From positions 1 to 60,323 of the forward strand of contig CAZMBL010000002.1 in the NCBI GenBank assembly GCA_964564605.1: 60,323 nt of DNA, given 5' to 3'. Source of the DNA: an uncultured Oscillospiraceae bacterium. Lineage in GTDB: Bacteria; Bacillota; Clostridia; Oscillospirales; Oscillospiraceae. Shown piece by piece: positions 1-8,768 of the stretch; the first letter of the stretch is position 1, and every line of letters begins with the position of its first letter. The notes under the pieces are model-generated. The model made no database searches. It was not told the origin of the DNA and saw nothing but the letters and a program-made list of their open reading frames with translations. The translations under genes were made by a program, and so were the position numbers.

Positions 1-754
1 GCATACTGGTGCCGATGCCCTGCGCCACCAGACCACCCCAGCGGTTCTCCCGGAAGCTCATGACGGCGAAGCCCACCATCTGGGCGCAGCAGCCGGCCAC
101 GGCCGCGCCGCCGGCCAGTCCCGCAAGGCCGAAGGAAGCGCAGATGGCCGCGGAGGAAATGGGCAGCGTCAAAGCAATGCCCACCAGCACGGAGACCACG
201 ATTCCCATCAGCAGCGGCTGCAGCTCCGTGGCCCACATGATGGCCTGTCCCACGGCCCGCGCGCCCTGCCCGATGGGCTCGGCCACCAGCCACGCCATCC
301 CGGCACCCACCAGAATGGTGACGATGGGGGTCACCAGAATGTCGATTTTTGTCTCCCTGGAGACAAGCTTGCCGAACTCGCAGGCGATGATCGCCACAAA
401 GTACACCGCCAGCGGGCCGCCTGCGCCGCCGATGGCATTGGCCGTGTAGCCCACGGGGATCAGGGAAAACAGCACCAGTCCCGGTGCCTTGAGCGCCATG
501 CCGATGGCCACGGCAATGCCGGGGCCCACCATTGCGCTGGCCAGATCTCCGATGGTACCCTTGCCGCCCCCCAGATCCACCAGAATGGCGTTTAGAAAGC
601 CGATGTTCAGCTGCTTACCCAGGGTGTTGAGAATGGTGCCCACCAGCAGGGTGCAGAACAGGCCCTGCGCCATTGCCCCGAGGGCATCGATACCGTAGCG
701 CTTTGCGGAAAGGCTGATATCCTTCCGCTTGAGGAATTCGCGAATTTTTGCCAT
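1..754 (-). CDS. PTS sugar transporter subunit IIC-like / PfoR-family membrane protein (3' end runs off window)
   Basis: Read by hand on the minus strand from ATG at 754: MAKIREFLKRKDISLSAKRYGIDALGAMAQGLFCTLLVGTIL..., hydrophobic and Gly/Ala-rich; not in the ORF track because it has no stop in the window. Confidence 0.75.
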   Translation of the reverse strand, partial: MAKIREFLKRKDISLSAKRYGIDALGAMAQGLFCTLLVGTILNTLGKQLNIGFLNAILVDLGGGKGTIGDLASAMVGPGIAVAIGMALKAPGLVLFSLIPVGYTANAIGGAGGPLAVYFVAIIACEFGKLVSRETKIDILVTPIVTILVGAGMAWLVAEPIGQGARAVGQAIMWATELQPLLMGIVVSVLVGIALTLPISSAAICASFGLAGLAGGAAVAGCCAQMVGFAVMSFRENRWGGLVAQGIGTSM

Positions 755-791
755 GTTTGTTTCACTCTCTTTCAGTCGATATACCGTCTTC

Positions 792-945
792 TGAAAAAGC
801 GTGCGTCAGCCCCTGCTGACCCTGGACGGTGCCGGAGTGCTTGAGCGGCATACACAAACCCCTTCGCCGCCGGCGCTCCCACCGTCTTCGGTGCCGGTTT
901 GCCCTGCGCAGCCTCTGCGCAGGGCAGACCCCAGCTCCTTCTTCA
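792..945 (-). ncRNA. Structured 5' leader resembling a glycine riboswitch aptamer (variant)
   Basis: Minus-strand RNA: UGAAGAAG/CUUUUUCA closing helix, GGAG, perfect hairpin at 900-926, CACCGAAG, 7-bp helix GACGGUG/CACCGUC, then CAGG and a small hairpin. Confidence 0.5.
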
Positions 946-966
946 CAGATCGGAAACATTGTCCAT

Positions 967-995
967 ATTATAGCCACTGCCCCGCCCCTTGTCAA
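967..995 (-). promoter_or_regulatory. Sigma-A promoter
   Basis: TTGACA (995-990), 17 bp, TATAAT (972-967) on the minus strand. Confidence 0.85.
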
Positions 996-1174
996 TGCCG
1001 GTGTCCGGGGCGGACGCAGTTTGGCGTTGTGCATGAAAAAGCTCCATTTTTCGGGTATGGAAATGCAAAAAATACCCCTTTTCCCAGGGCGCATCCTGTG
1101 TTATGATAGGGAAAATGGCGCAAGACCGCCCGTCTGCGGGGCCGGAGGCGGACTTTCGGAACGGAGGGAACATC

Positions 1175-3472
1175 ATGATCCAGCAGATCAGCTGCACCTA
1201 CCGCAACATTCCCATTCCCGGTGGCGGTTATGTCACGGGCTTCGTACTCCATCCCGGGCAGCCGGATCTTCTCTACGCCCGCACGGATATCGGCGGCACA
1301 TACCGGTTTGACTATGCCGCCCGGCGCTGGGTCAGCCTGAGCGACCATGTGCCCGCACTGGATCCGGCGGAGGCCTTCCCCGCCGCGCTGGCGCTGGATC
1401 CCCGGGATCCACAGCTTTTATACATCGTCAGCGGGGCGGACGGCACGCCGGAAGGAAGGCTGAGCGTTTCCCATAATCGGGGTGAAAGCTTTCAGCATTT
1501 TCCCATGCCCATGCCGGTTCACGGCAACTGGAGCGGGCGGGGCACCGGCGCGCGGCTGTTAGTCAGCCCCGCCGACAGCAGGGTGCTGTACTACGCCAGT
1601 CAGCTGAACGGCCTGTGGCGCACGGAAAATCGGGGCGGCAACTGGCAGAAGCTCCCCCTGCCGGAGGATTACACCACCTTTATCTGGGCCAGCCCGGACG
1701 AGGGCATTCTGGTGGCCGGAACCGCCGGCTACACTACCCGCCCGGACGACCGGCACCGGGGGCACAGTCTGTACGTCTCCTACGACCGGGGAAACAGCTG
1801 GGAAAAGCTCACCATGCCGGAAAGCATTGAAATTCCCGACAGTAAAATGAACAATCTGGTCGCCTCCCGCTATGATTTCGACGGCACCTACCTGTATGTG
1901 ACCATGAACTGCACCGGCCGCTGGAACTACATCGTGCCACTGGGCTACAGCTGCGACACCGGCGATGTGATTGGCGGACGGGTGGTGCGCTACTTCTTCC
2001 GGGACGGACGCATTGCCGGCTTTGACGATATCACCCCCGAGGGCGGGCAGTGGTGCAACTACGGCTTCGGCGGCATCAGCAGCTGCGCGGCCCGGCCGGG
2101 TCTGCTGGTGTGCAGCACCCTCTGCCGGGAAAAGGAGCATCCGGAGACCATCTATCTCTCCGAGGATCACGGCAGCCACTGGCGCATCAGTCTGGACGGG
2201 CTGGAAGTTGGCGGCATCCGCTTCCGTGCGTCCTACATGAAGCCCTGCTACAACGGCGGTGTCAGTCTGCTTCACTGGATCAGCGATGTCAAGCTTGACC
2301 CCTTTGACCCGAACCGGCTCTGGTTCAATTCCGGCACAGGAGTATTCACGGCGGAGCGGCTGCTGTCTCAGGAGCCCGGATATCACGATCTGTGCGATGG
2401 GCTGGAAGAAACGGTGCATCTGAATGTTTATGCCCCCCTGTCCGGTGCAGTACAGGTGGTGGACATTCTGGGGGATCTGGGTGGCTTTGCCTTCCGGCAG
2501 CTGGATCGCCCCTGCGAAAACTCCTTTGCGGATGACCATGGGAACCGGTACATCACCTGCATCAACGCTGCCCTGTCGGATCGAAACGGTGATCTTGCGG
2601 TGATCGCCGCCCGGGGCAACTGGAAGGGCTCCACAAAAGGCGGCCTGATCCGCACGGAGGACGGCTTCCGCACCTTCCGCCGCCTGACCATGCCTTTCTC
2701 CCTCGGCGGCGCACTGGAGCGGCAGCTGCGGCTGATCGAGCAGCCCAATGTCAACCCCGGATGGGTGGCCATGTCTGCCGACGGGCAAAATCTTGTCTGG
2801 TCTGTGGCAGACAACATCTGCCTGCCGATGGAATTTGTGATTTTCAGCCGGGACGGTGGCAACAGCTTCCGGCGAGTCCGGATTCTGGACGGGGACGGCA
2901 AGGCCGTGACCGGTGGCCGTTTCAAAGCTTTTGCCGATCCGGTGCTGCCGCCGCGCTTTTACGGCTTCGATGACCGGGGCCGGGTCTACCGCAGCGATGA
3001 CGGCGGTGAAGCATTCCGGCTTCTGAATGCCTCCCTGCCGGCAGCGGATTTCGGTCTGATCGACACAGCCAACGAAACCGAGGTACGCCCGGCGGCGGGT
3101 GAAAACGGCCTTTTCTATCTGGCGCTGGGAAAGCACGGCCTGTGGAAGCTCCACGACCGGCCCGGGGACGATCATGTCACCTGCCAGCTACTGACTGCGT
3201 CGGGCGAAAGCTGTATGCATGTGGGGCTCGGGCTGGGAAAGCCCGGCGGGGACTACCTGCACGGCTGCCGGGCACTGTATGTCAGCGGTGTCATCGGCGG
3301 GGCCTACGGCTTCTACCGCACGACAGACGAAGGAAAAAGCTGGCAGCGGCTCAATACCGAAGGGCAGATGTTCGGTTTAATCAACAGCATGGACGGCGAC
3401 AAGCGGGTCTACGGCCGGTTTTACATCGGCACCGGCACCCGCGGCCTGATCTACGGTGAAACGGAGGAATAA
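1175..3472 (+). CDS. GH74-like xyloglucanase / oligoxyloglucan hydrolase, no signal peptide
   Basis: GGGYVTG...YARTDIGG and ILGDLGGF (the two GH74 catalytic Asp contexts), repeated S-x-D-x-G-x-S/T-W/F boxes, C-terminal YIGTGTRG; GGAGG RBS before ATG 1175. Confidence 0.8.
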   Translation: MIQQISCTYRNIPIPGGGYVTGFVLHPGQPDLLYARTDIGGTYRFDYAARRWVSLSDHVPALDPAEAFPAALALDPRDPQLLYIVSGADGTPEGRLSVSHNRGESFQHFPMPMPVHGNWSGRGTGARLLVSPADSRVLYYASQLNGLWRTENRGGNWQKLPLPEDYTTFIWASPDEGILVAGTAGYTTRPDDRHRGHSLYVSYDRGNSWEKLTMPESIEIPDSKMNNLVASRYDFDGTYLYVTMNCTGRWNYIVPLGYSCDTGDVIGGRVVRYFFRDGRIAGFDDITPEGGQWCNYGFGGISSCAARPGLLVCSTLCREKEHPETIYLSEDHGSHWRISLDGLEVGGIRFRASYMKPCYNGGVSLLHWISDVKLDPFDPNRLWFNSGTGVFTAERLLSQEPGYHDLCDGLEETVHLNVYAPLSGAVQVVDILGDLGGFAFRQLDRPCENSFADDHGNRYITCINAALSDRNGDLAVIAARGNWKGSTKGGLIRTEDGFRTFRRLTMPFSLGGALERQLRLIEQPNVNPGWVAMSADGQNLVWSVADNICLPMEFVIFSRDGGNSFRRVRILDGDGKAVTGGRFKAFADPVLPPRFYGFDDRGRVYRSDDGGEAFRLLNASLPAADFGLIDTANETEVRPAAGENGLFYLALGKHGLWKLHDRPGDDHVTCQLLTASGESCMHVGLGLGKPGGDYLHGCRALYVSGVIGGAYGFYRTTDEGKSWQRLNTEGQMFGLINSMDGDKRVYGRFYIGTGTRGLIYGETEE

Positions 3473-3474
3473 CC

Positions 3475-5553
3475 ATGACCATTACCATTGAAAATAACCG
3501 CCTGATTTTGCGGCAGGGCCCATCCACCCTGTGGCTGGAGCCGTGGGGCGAAAACTCCTTCCGGGTGCGCATGACAATGGAGCCACAAATGGACGGGCAT
3601 GACTGGGCGCTGACGGAGCCGGTGAAGGCGTGTCCCCTTGTCTGGTCTTCCCTGGAGGTGGACACCACCGACCCGTGGTACCGCCCGGCGGAATACGCCC
3701 ACTATCACAGCACCGGCACCGTCTACACCCTGACCAACGGCAATATCACCGCCGAGATCAACCCGGAGGGCTGGATCCGCTACTATAACCAACACGGCCG
3801 ACTCCTGACGGCGGAATACTGGCGTAACCGTGACCGCATCAACCGCTACTGCGTGCCACTGCGGCTGAAGGCCCGGGAACTCAAGCCCATTCCCGGCACC
3901 TCCGACTATGCCCTGACCGCCCGGTTTGAAGCCTTTGACGACGAAAAAATCTTCGGCATGGGCCAGTACCAGCAGAAACATCTGAACCACAAGGGTGCGG
4001 TGCTGGAGCTGGCGCACCGCAACAGTCAGGCCAGTGTGCCCTTTATGATCTCCAGCCGCGGCTATGGCTTTTTCTGGAACAATCCCGCCATCGGCACCGC
4101 CACCTTCGCCACAAACAAGACGGAGTGGTATGCCCGCAGCACAAAAAAGCTGGACTATTTCATCACCGCAGGCGATACCCCCTTCGAGCTGGAGAATGCC
4201 TACTCCGCCGCCACCGGCCGCACCCCCATGATGCCGGAATACGGTCTGGGCTACTGGCAGTGCAAGCTGCGCTACCGCACCCAGCAGGAGCTGCTGGATG
4301 TGGCCCGGGAGCATAAGCGCCGGGGGCTTCCCATGGATGCCATTGTGGTGGATTTCTTCCACTGGACCCGGCAGGGCGAGTTCAAATTCGAGCCGCGGGA
4401 CTGGCCGGATCCGGATGACATGGTGCGCCAGCTGCGGCAAATGGGCATTGAGCCGGTGGTTTCCGTGTGGCCCACCATCGATGAGCGCAGCGAAAATTTT
4501 GCCGAAATGCAGGACAGCGGTTTTCTCGTCCGCACCGACCGTGGCAAGGACACCGCCACATGGATGGGCAACACCCTCTATTTCGATGCCACTCATCCTG
4601 GCGCGCAGCGCTTTGTCTGGGAAAAGTGCCGGCAGAATTACTACACCAAGGGCATCCGCTGCTTCTGGCTGGACGAGGCGGAGCCGGAATACGATGCCTA
4701 TGAATTCGACAATTACCGCTACTGGGCCGGCCCGGCGCTGCAATGCAGCAACATCTACCCCATGGGCTATGCAAAAGGCTTTTACGATGGCCTGAAGGCC
4801 GAGGGCGAAGAGCAGGTGCTGTCGCTGGTGCGCTGTGCCTGGGCCGGCAGCCAGAAATACGGCGTGCTGACATGGTCGGGCGATGTTCACTCCTCCTTCC
4901 GCTCCATGCGTGAGCAGCTGCAGGCAGGGCTGAACATGAGCGTTGCGGGCATTCCGTGGTGGACGTGCGACATCGGCGGCTTTCTGGGTGGCATAATCAC
5001 GGACGAAGCTTTCAGGGAGCTACTGGTGCGGTGGTTCGCCTGGGGCGCTTTCCTGCCCGTTTTCCGGATGCACGGCGAACGCTCCCCGTGGTATGAGCGG
5101 GAGCAGGAATTTATCAACAATGTGCGCCAGCTGACCTCCGGGCAGGACAACGAGGTGTGGAGCTTTGGGGAGGACAACTACGAAATTCTCAAAAAGTTTC
5201 TCTTCGTCCGGGAGCGGCTGCGTCCCTACATCCGCACCTGCATGGAGCGGGCCAGCCGTTCCGGTGAACCGGTGATGCGGCCCCTGTTCTTCGATTTTCC
5301 GGGCGATGACACCTGCTGGAAGACCGAGGATGCGTACATGTTCGGCCCGGAGCTGCTGGTGGCCCCGGTGATGGAGTCGAGCGTTTCAGAGCGGGAGGTG
5401 TATCTGCCCGCGTCCTGCAGCTGGACGGAGGCGGCCACCGGGCGGGTATTTGCCGGTGGGCAGACCGTCCGGGCCGCAGCAGAGCTGGATGTGATCCCCG
5501 TGTTTCTGCGGCAGGGCTCCAATCTTCCGGTATATGAGACGAAAAAGTGCTGA
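3475..5553 (+). CDS. GH31 glycoside hydrolase, probably alpha-xylosidase
   Basis: GYWQCKLRY, IVVDFFHW, FWLDEAEPE (nucleophile), WSGD, WTCDIGGF, YMFGPELLVAPV. Confidence 0.88.
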   Translation: MTITIENNRLILRQGPSTLWLEPWGENSFRVRMTMEPQMDGHDWALTEPVKACPLVWSSLEVDTTDPWYRPAEYAHYHSTGTVYTLTNGNITAEINPEGWIRYYNQHGRLLTAEYWRNRDRINRYCVPLRLKARELKPIPGTSDYALTARFEAFDDEKIFGMGQYQQKHLNHKGAVLELAHRNSQASVPFMISSRGYGFFWNNPAIGTATFATNKTEWYARSTKKLDYFITAGDTPFELENAYSAATGRTPMMPEYGLGYWQCKLRYRTQQELLDVAREHKRRGLPMDAIVVDFFHWTRQGEFKFEPRDWPDPDDMVRQLRQMGIEPVVSVWPTIDERSENFAEMQDSGFLVRTDRGKDTATWMGNTLYFDATHPGAQRFVWEKCRQNYYTKGIRCFWLDEAEPEYDAYEFDNYRYWAGPALQCSNIYPMGYAKGFYDGLKAEGEEQVLSLVRCAWAGSQKYGVLTWSGDVHSSFRSMREQLQAGLNMSVAGIPWWTCDIGGFLGGIITDEAFRELLVRWFAWGAFLPVFRMHGERSPWYEREQEFINNVRQLTSGQDNEVWSFGEDNYEILKKFLFVRERLRPYIRTCMERASRSGEPVMRPLFFDFPGDDTCWKTEDAYMFGPELLVAPVMESSVSEREVYLPASCSWTEAATGRVFAGGQTVRAAAELDVIPVFLRQGSNLPVYETKKC

Positions 5554-5571
5554 GAAAGGCGGTATAACACT

Positions 5572-6723
5572 ATGAAACAGCTGAATAACACGCTGCAAAA
5601 TCTGTTGCAGCAGGCCGTTGACCGGCAGAAAATTGCCGGTGCCAACCTGCTGGTGCTGCAAGGCGGGCAGGAGCTTGCCTTCTGTCAGGCAGGACAGGCC
5701 ACAGCCGAGCGGCCCTTTCAGCGCGATACCATCTGCCGCATTTTCTCCATGAGCAAGCCGGTTACCGCCGTGGCGGCCATGGTGCTGTTGCAGCGGGGTC
5801 AGCTGGACTCCGGGCAGGCGCTGGAGGAAATTCTGCCCGCCTACTCCGGTATGCAGGTCTGGGAAAAGGGGCAGAAGGTTCCGGCCGAGCGGCCGATTAT
5901 GATCCGGGATCTGCTGAATATGACCTCCGGTATCTGCTACCCGGGTATGGACGAGCCGGGGCAGGAGTCGGCACAGGTATTTGGCGATGCGGTTTCCCGC
6001 CTCCGCGGCGAAAATCCCATGACCACCCGGGAGCTGGCCGACCGGCTGGGCGGCTGCGCCCTCGCCTTTCAGCCCGGGCGGCAGTGGATGTATGGTGCCT
6101 CCGCCGATGTGCTGGGCGCCGTCATCGAACAGGTCAGCGGCATGACACTGGCAGAATTTATGAAGCGGGAGATTTTCGAGCCGCTGCAAATGCATGACAC
6201 CGGCTTTTATGTACCCCCGGAGCGGCAGCACCGGCTGGCGTGGGCCTACCGCTGTGGCGGTGGCACGCCGGCGCATTGCCCCACGGACAATCTGGCCATC
6301 TGCTATGACATGAACCGGGAGCCCGCCTTCCAGTCCGGCGGTGCAGGGCTGGTGTCCACTGTGGACGATTACGCAAAGCTGGCCTCTTCCCTGCTGGGCC
6401 ATGGCCCGCAGATTTTGGAGCCCGCCACGGTGCGCTACATGACCGCCGCAAGCCTGCTGCCGTGGCAGCAGGAAAGCCTCTGGCGCAGCTGGGACGGGAT
6501 GCGCGGCTATGGCTACGGCAATCTGATGCGCATCCTGCTGCAGCCCGGTGCCGCCGTACAAAACGGCTGGGCCGGTGAATACGGCTGGGACGGCTGGCTG
6601 GGCACCTACTTCTGCAACGCCCCGGCGCAGGATGTGACGGTGCTGCTGTTTACCCAGCGCATCGATGCCGGTACGCTCAGCCTGACACGGCGGGTGCGCA
6701 ATGCGCTGTGCGCCGCCCTGTGA
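5572..6723 (+). CDS. Serine hydrolase of beta-lactamase fold (family VIII esterase-like, putative carbohydrate acetylesterase)
   Basis: SxxK motif FSMSKP, LLNMTSG, PG-x-x-W-x-Y, GGAGLVST, GWDG; sits inside a glycosidase operon. Confidence 0.75.
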   Translation: MKQLNNTLQNLLQQAVDRQKIAGANLLVLQGGQELAFCQAGQATAERPFQRDTICRIFSMSKPVTAVAAMVLLQRGQLDSGQALEEILPAYSGMQVWEKGQKVPAERPIMIRDLLNMTSGICYPGMDEPGQESAQVFGDAVSRLRGENPMTTRELADRLGGCALAFQPGRQWMYGASADVLGAVIEQVSGMTLAEFMKREIFEPLQMHDTGFYVPPERQHRLAWAYRCGGGTPAHCPTDNLAICYDMNREPAFQSGGAGLVSTVDDYAKLASSLLGHGPQILEPATVRYMTAASLLPWQQESLWRSWDGMRGYGYGNLMRILLQPGAAVQNGWAGEYGWDGWLGTYFCNAPAQDVTVLLFTQRIDAGTLSLTRRVRNALCAAL

Positions 6724-6740
6724 CCATGGAGGACGCGGAT

Positions 6741-8768
6741 ATGAACACCTTTTGGAACCATCACAAAATCGCCTACGGCGGCGATTACAACCCGGAGCAG
6801 TGGCCGGAGGAGATCTGGCAGGAGGATATGCGCCTGTTCCGGCTGGCCGGAATCGACACCGTCACCGTCAATGTCTTTTCATGGGCGGCGCTGCAGCCCG
6901 GCGAGGATACCTATGACTTTTCCAAACTGGATAAAATTATGGAGCTGGCACGAAACAACGACCTGAAGGTAATCCTTGCCACCTCCACGGCGGCCCATCC
7001 GGCCTGGATGGCCAGAAAATACCCGGAAATTCTGCGGCTGGAGCCAAACGGCGTGCAGCGGAAATTCGGTTCCCGCCACAATTCATGCCCCAACAGCCCC
7101 GTCTACCGGAAATATTCCGTGGCGCTGGCCCGGCAGCTGGCCCTGCGCTACGGCCATTACGGCAATATCATCGCATGGCATATTTCCAATGAGTACGGCG
7201 GCGAATGCATCTGTCCCAACTGTGCCGCCGCCTTCCGCCGCTGGCTGCGGGAGCGCTACGGCACGCTGGATGCGCTGAACAAAGCATGGAACACCGCTTT
7301 CTGGAGTCACACCTTCTACGATTGGGAGGAAATTGAGCCGGCCAGCTATCTGACGGAGCATTGGGGCTGGGAAAGAACCACCTTTCAGGGCATTTCACTC
7401 GATTACCGCCGCTTCCAGTCCGACAGTCTGCTCACCTGCTGCCGGCTGGAGACCGATGCACTGCGGGCCGTGGCCCCCCAGATCCCCGTCACCACCAATT
7501 TTATGGAATTTTACAAGCAGCTGGACTACCAGAAATGGGCCCAGGAGCTGGATTTTGCCGCATGGGACAGCTATCCCTCCCCCGATGCCACCCCGGCCCG
7601 CATGGCCATGAACCACAGTCTGATCCGGGGTCTGAAGGACGGACAGCCCTTCGCTCTGATGGAGCAGACCCCCTCCGTGACCAACTGGCAGCCCTTCAAC
7701 TCCCTCAAGCGTCCCGGCATCATGCGCCTGTGGAGCTATCAGGCCGTGGCGCAGGGCTCGGACAGTGTGCTGTTTTTCCAGATGCGGCGCAGCATCGGTG
7801 CCTGTGAAAAATATCACGGTGCCATCATCGACCATGTTGGGCACGAGCATACCCGGGTCTTCCGGGAGGCGGCGAAGCTGGGCGGAGAGCTGCAGCGGCT
7901 GGGTTCCCGGCTGCTGGGAACCCGCATCCATGCCGATGTGGGCATTCTGTTTGACTGGCAAAACTGGTGGGCAGCGGAATATTCCGCCGGGCCCAGCGTG
8001 CGCCTGCGCTATGTGGAGGAGACGGAGCGCTGGTACAGCGCCCTGCACGATCAGAACATCCCCGCCGATCTTGTCCGGCTGGAGGCCGACTGGCAGCCCT
8101 ATCGCCTGCTCATCGCCCCCATGCTGTATATGATCCGCCCCGGTGTGGACGAAAAGCTGCGCCGGTTTGTGGACGCGGGCGGCACACTGGTTGTCACAAA
8201 TTTCTCCGGCTATGTGGATCAGTCCGATCTGGTGACCACCGGGGGCTATCCCGGAAAGCTGCGCAGTCTTCTGGGCATCTGGGTGGAGGAAAGTGACGCG
8301 CTGCCGGAAGGAACCGCCAACAGCTTCCTCTGGCAAGGCCGGTGCTACGAGGCCGGGCTGCTGTGCGACCTGCTGCACCCGGAGGGGGCGCAGGTACTGG
8401 CCACCTACCGGCAGGATTTTTATGCCGGGATGCCGGTGCTGACCTGCAACCGGTTTGGCAAGGGCCTGGCCTACTATCTGGCGGCCCAGAGTGAGGCGGA
8501 CTTCTACCGGGCTTTGACGGCCACGCTGTGCGCCGGACAGGCCATTGCCCCCGTTATGACCACCCCCGCCGGGGTGGAGGCGACGGTGCGCCGGGGAGAA
8601 GAAAAGCAGTATCTGTTCCTGCTCAACCACGCCGGAGAACGCCGGGAGCTGACCATGGACCGGGACGGCACGGAGCTTCTGACCGGGCGACAGCTGCGCC
8701 GGGGCGACCGCGTGGCGCTGGAAAAGACGGATGTGATGATCGTGGAGTGTGCCTATGAAAAAGCGTAA
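6741..8768 (+). CDS. GH42 beta-galactosidase
   Basis: YGGDYNPEQW, WHISNEY, Cys cluster CICPNC, LMEQTP, EKYHGA. Confidence 0.92.
   Translation: MNTFWNHHKIAYGGDYNPEQWPEEIWQEDMRLFRLAGIDTVTVNVFSWAALQPGEDTYDFSKLDKIMELARNNDLKVILATSTAAHPAWMARKYPEILRLEPNGVQRKFGSRHNSCPNSPVYRKYSVALARQLALRYGHYGNIIAWHISNEYGGECICPNCAAAFRRWLRERYGTLDALNKAWNTAFWSHTFYDWEEIEPASYLTEHWGWERTTFQGISLDYRRFQSDSLLTCCRLETDALRAVAPQIPVTTNFMEFYKQLDYQKWAQELDFAAWDSYPSPDATPARMAMNHSLIRGLKDGQPFALMEQTPSVTNWQPFNSLKRPGIMRLWSYQAVAQGSDSVLFFQMRRSIGACEKYHGAIIDHVGHEHTRVFREAAKLGGELQRLGSRLLGTRIHADVGILFDWQNWWAAEYSAGPSVRLRYVEETERWYSALHDQNIPADLVRLEADWQPYRLLIAPMLYMIRPGVDEKLRRFVDAGGTLVVTNFSGYVDQSDLVTTGGYPGKLRSLLGIWVEESDALPEGTANSFLWQGRCYEAGLLCDLLHPEGAQVLATYRQDFYAGMPVLTCNRFGKGLAYYLAAQSEADFYRALTATLCAGQAIAPVMTTPAGVEATVRRGEEKQYLFLLNHAGERRELTMDRDGTELLTGRQLRRGDRVALEKTDVMIVECAYEKA

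Noticed and set aside
5572-6723. Antibiotic-resistance beta-lactamase
   Set aside because: No signal peptide; esterase-type motifs; embedded in a glycosidase operon
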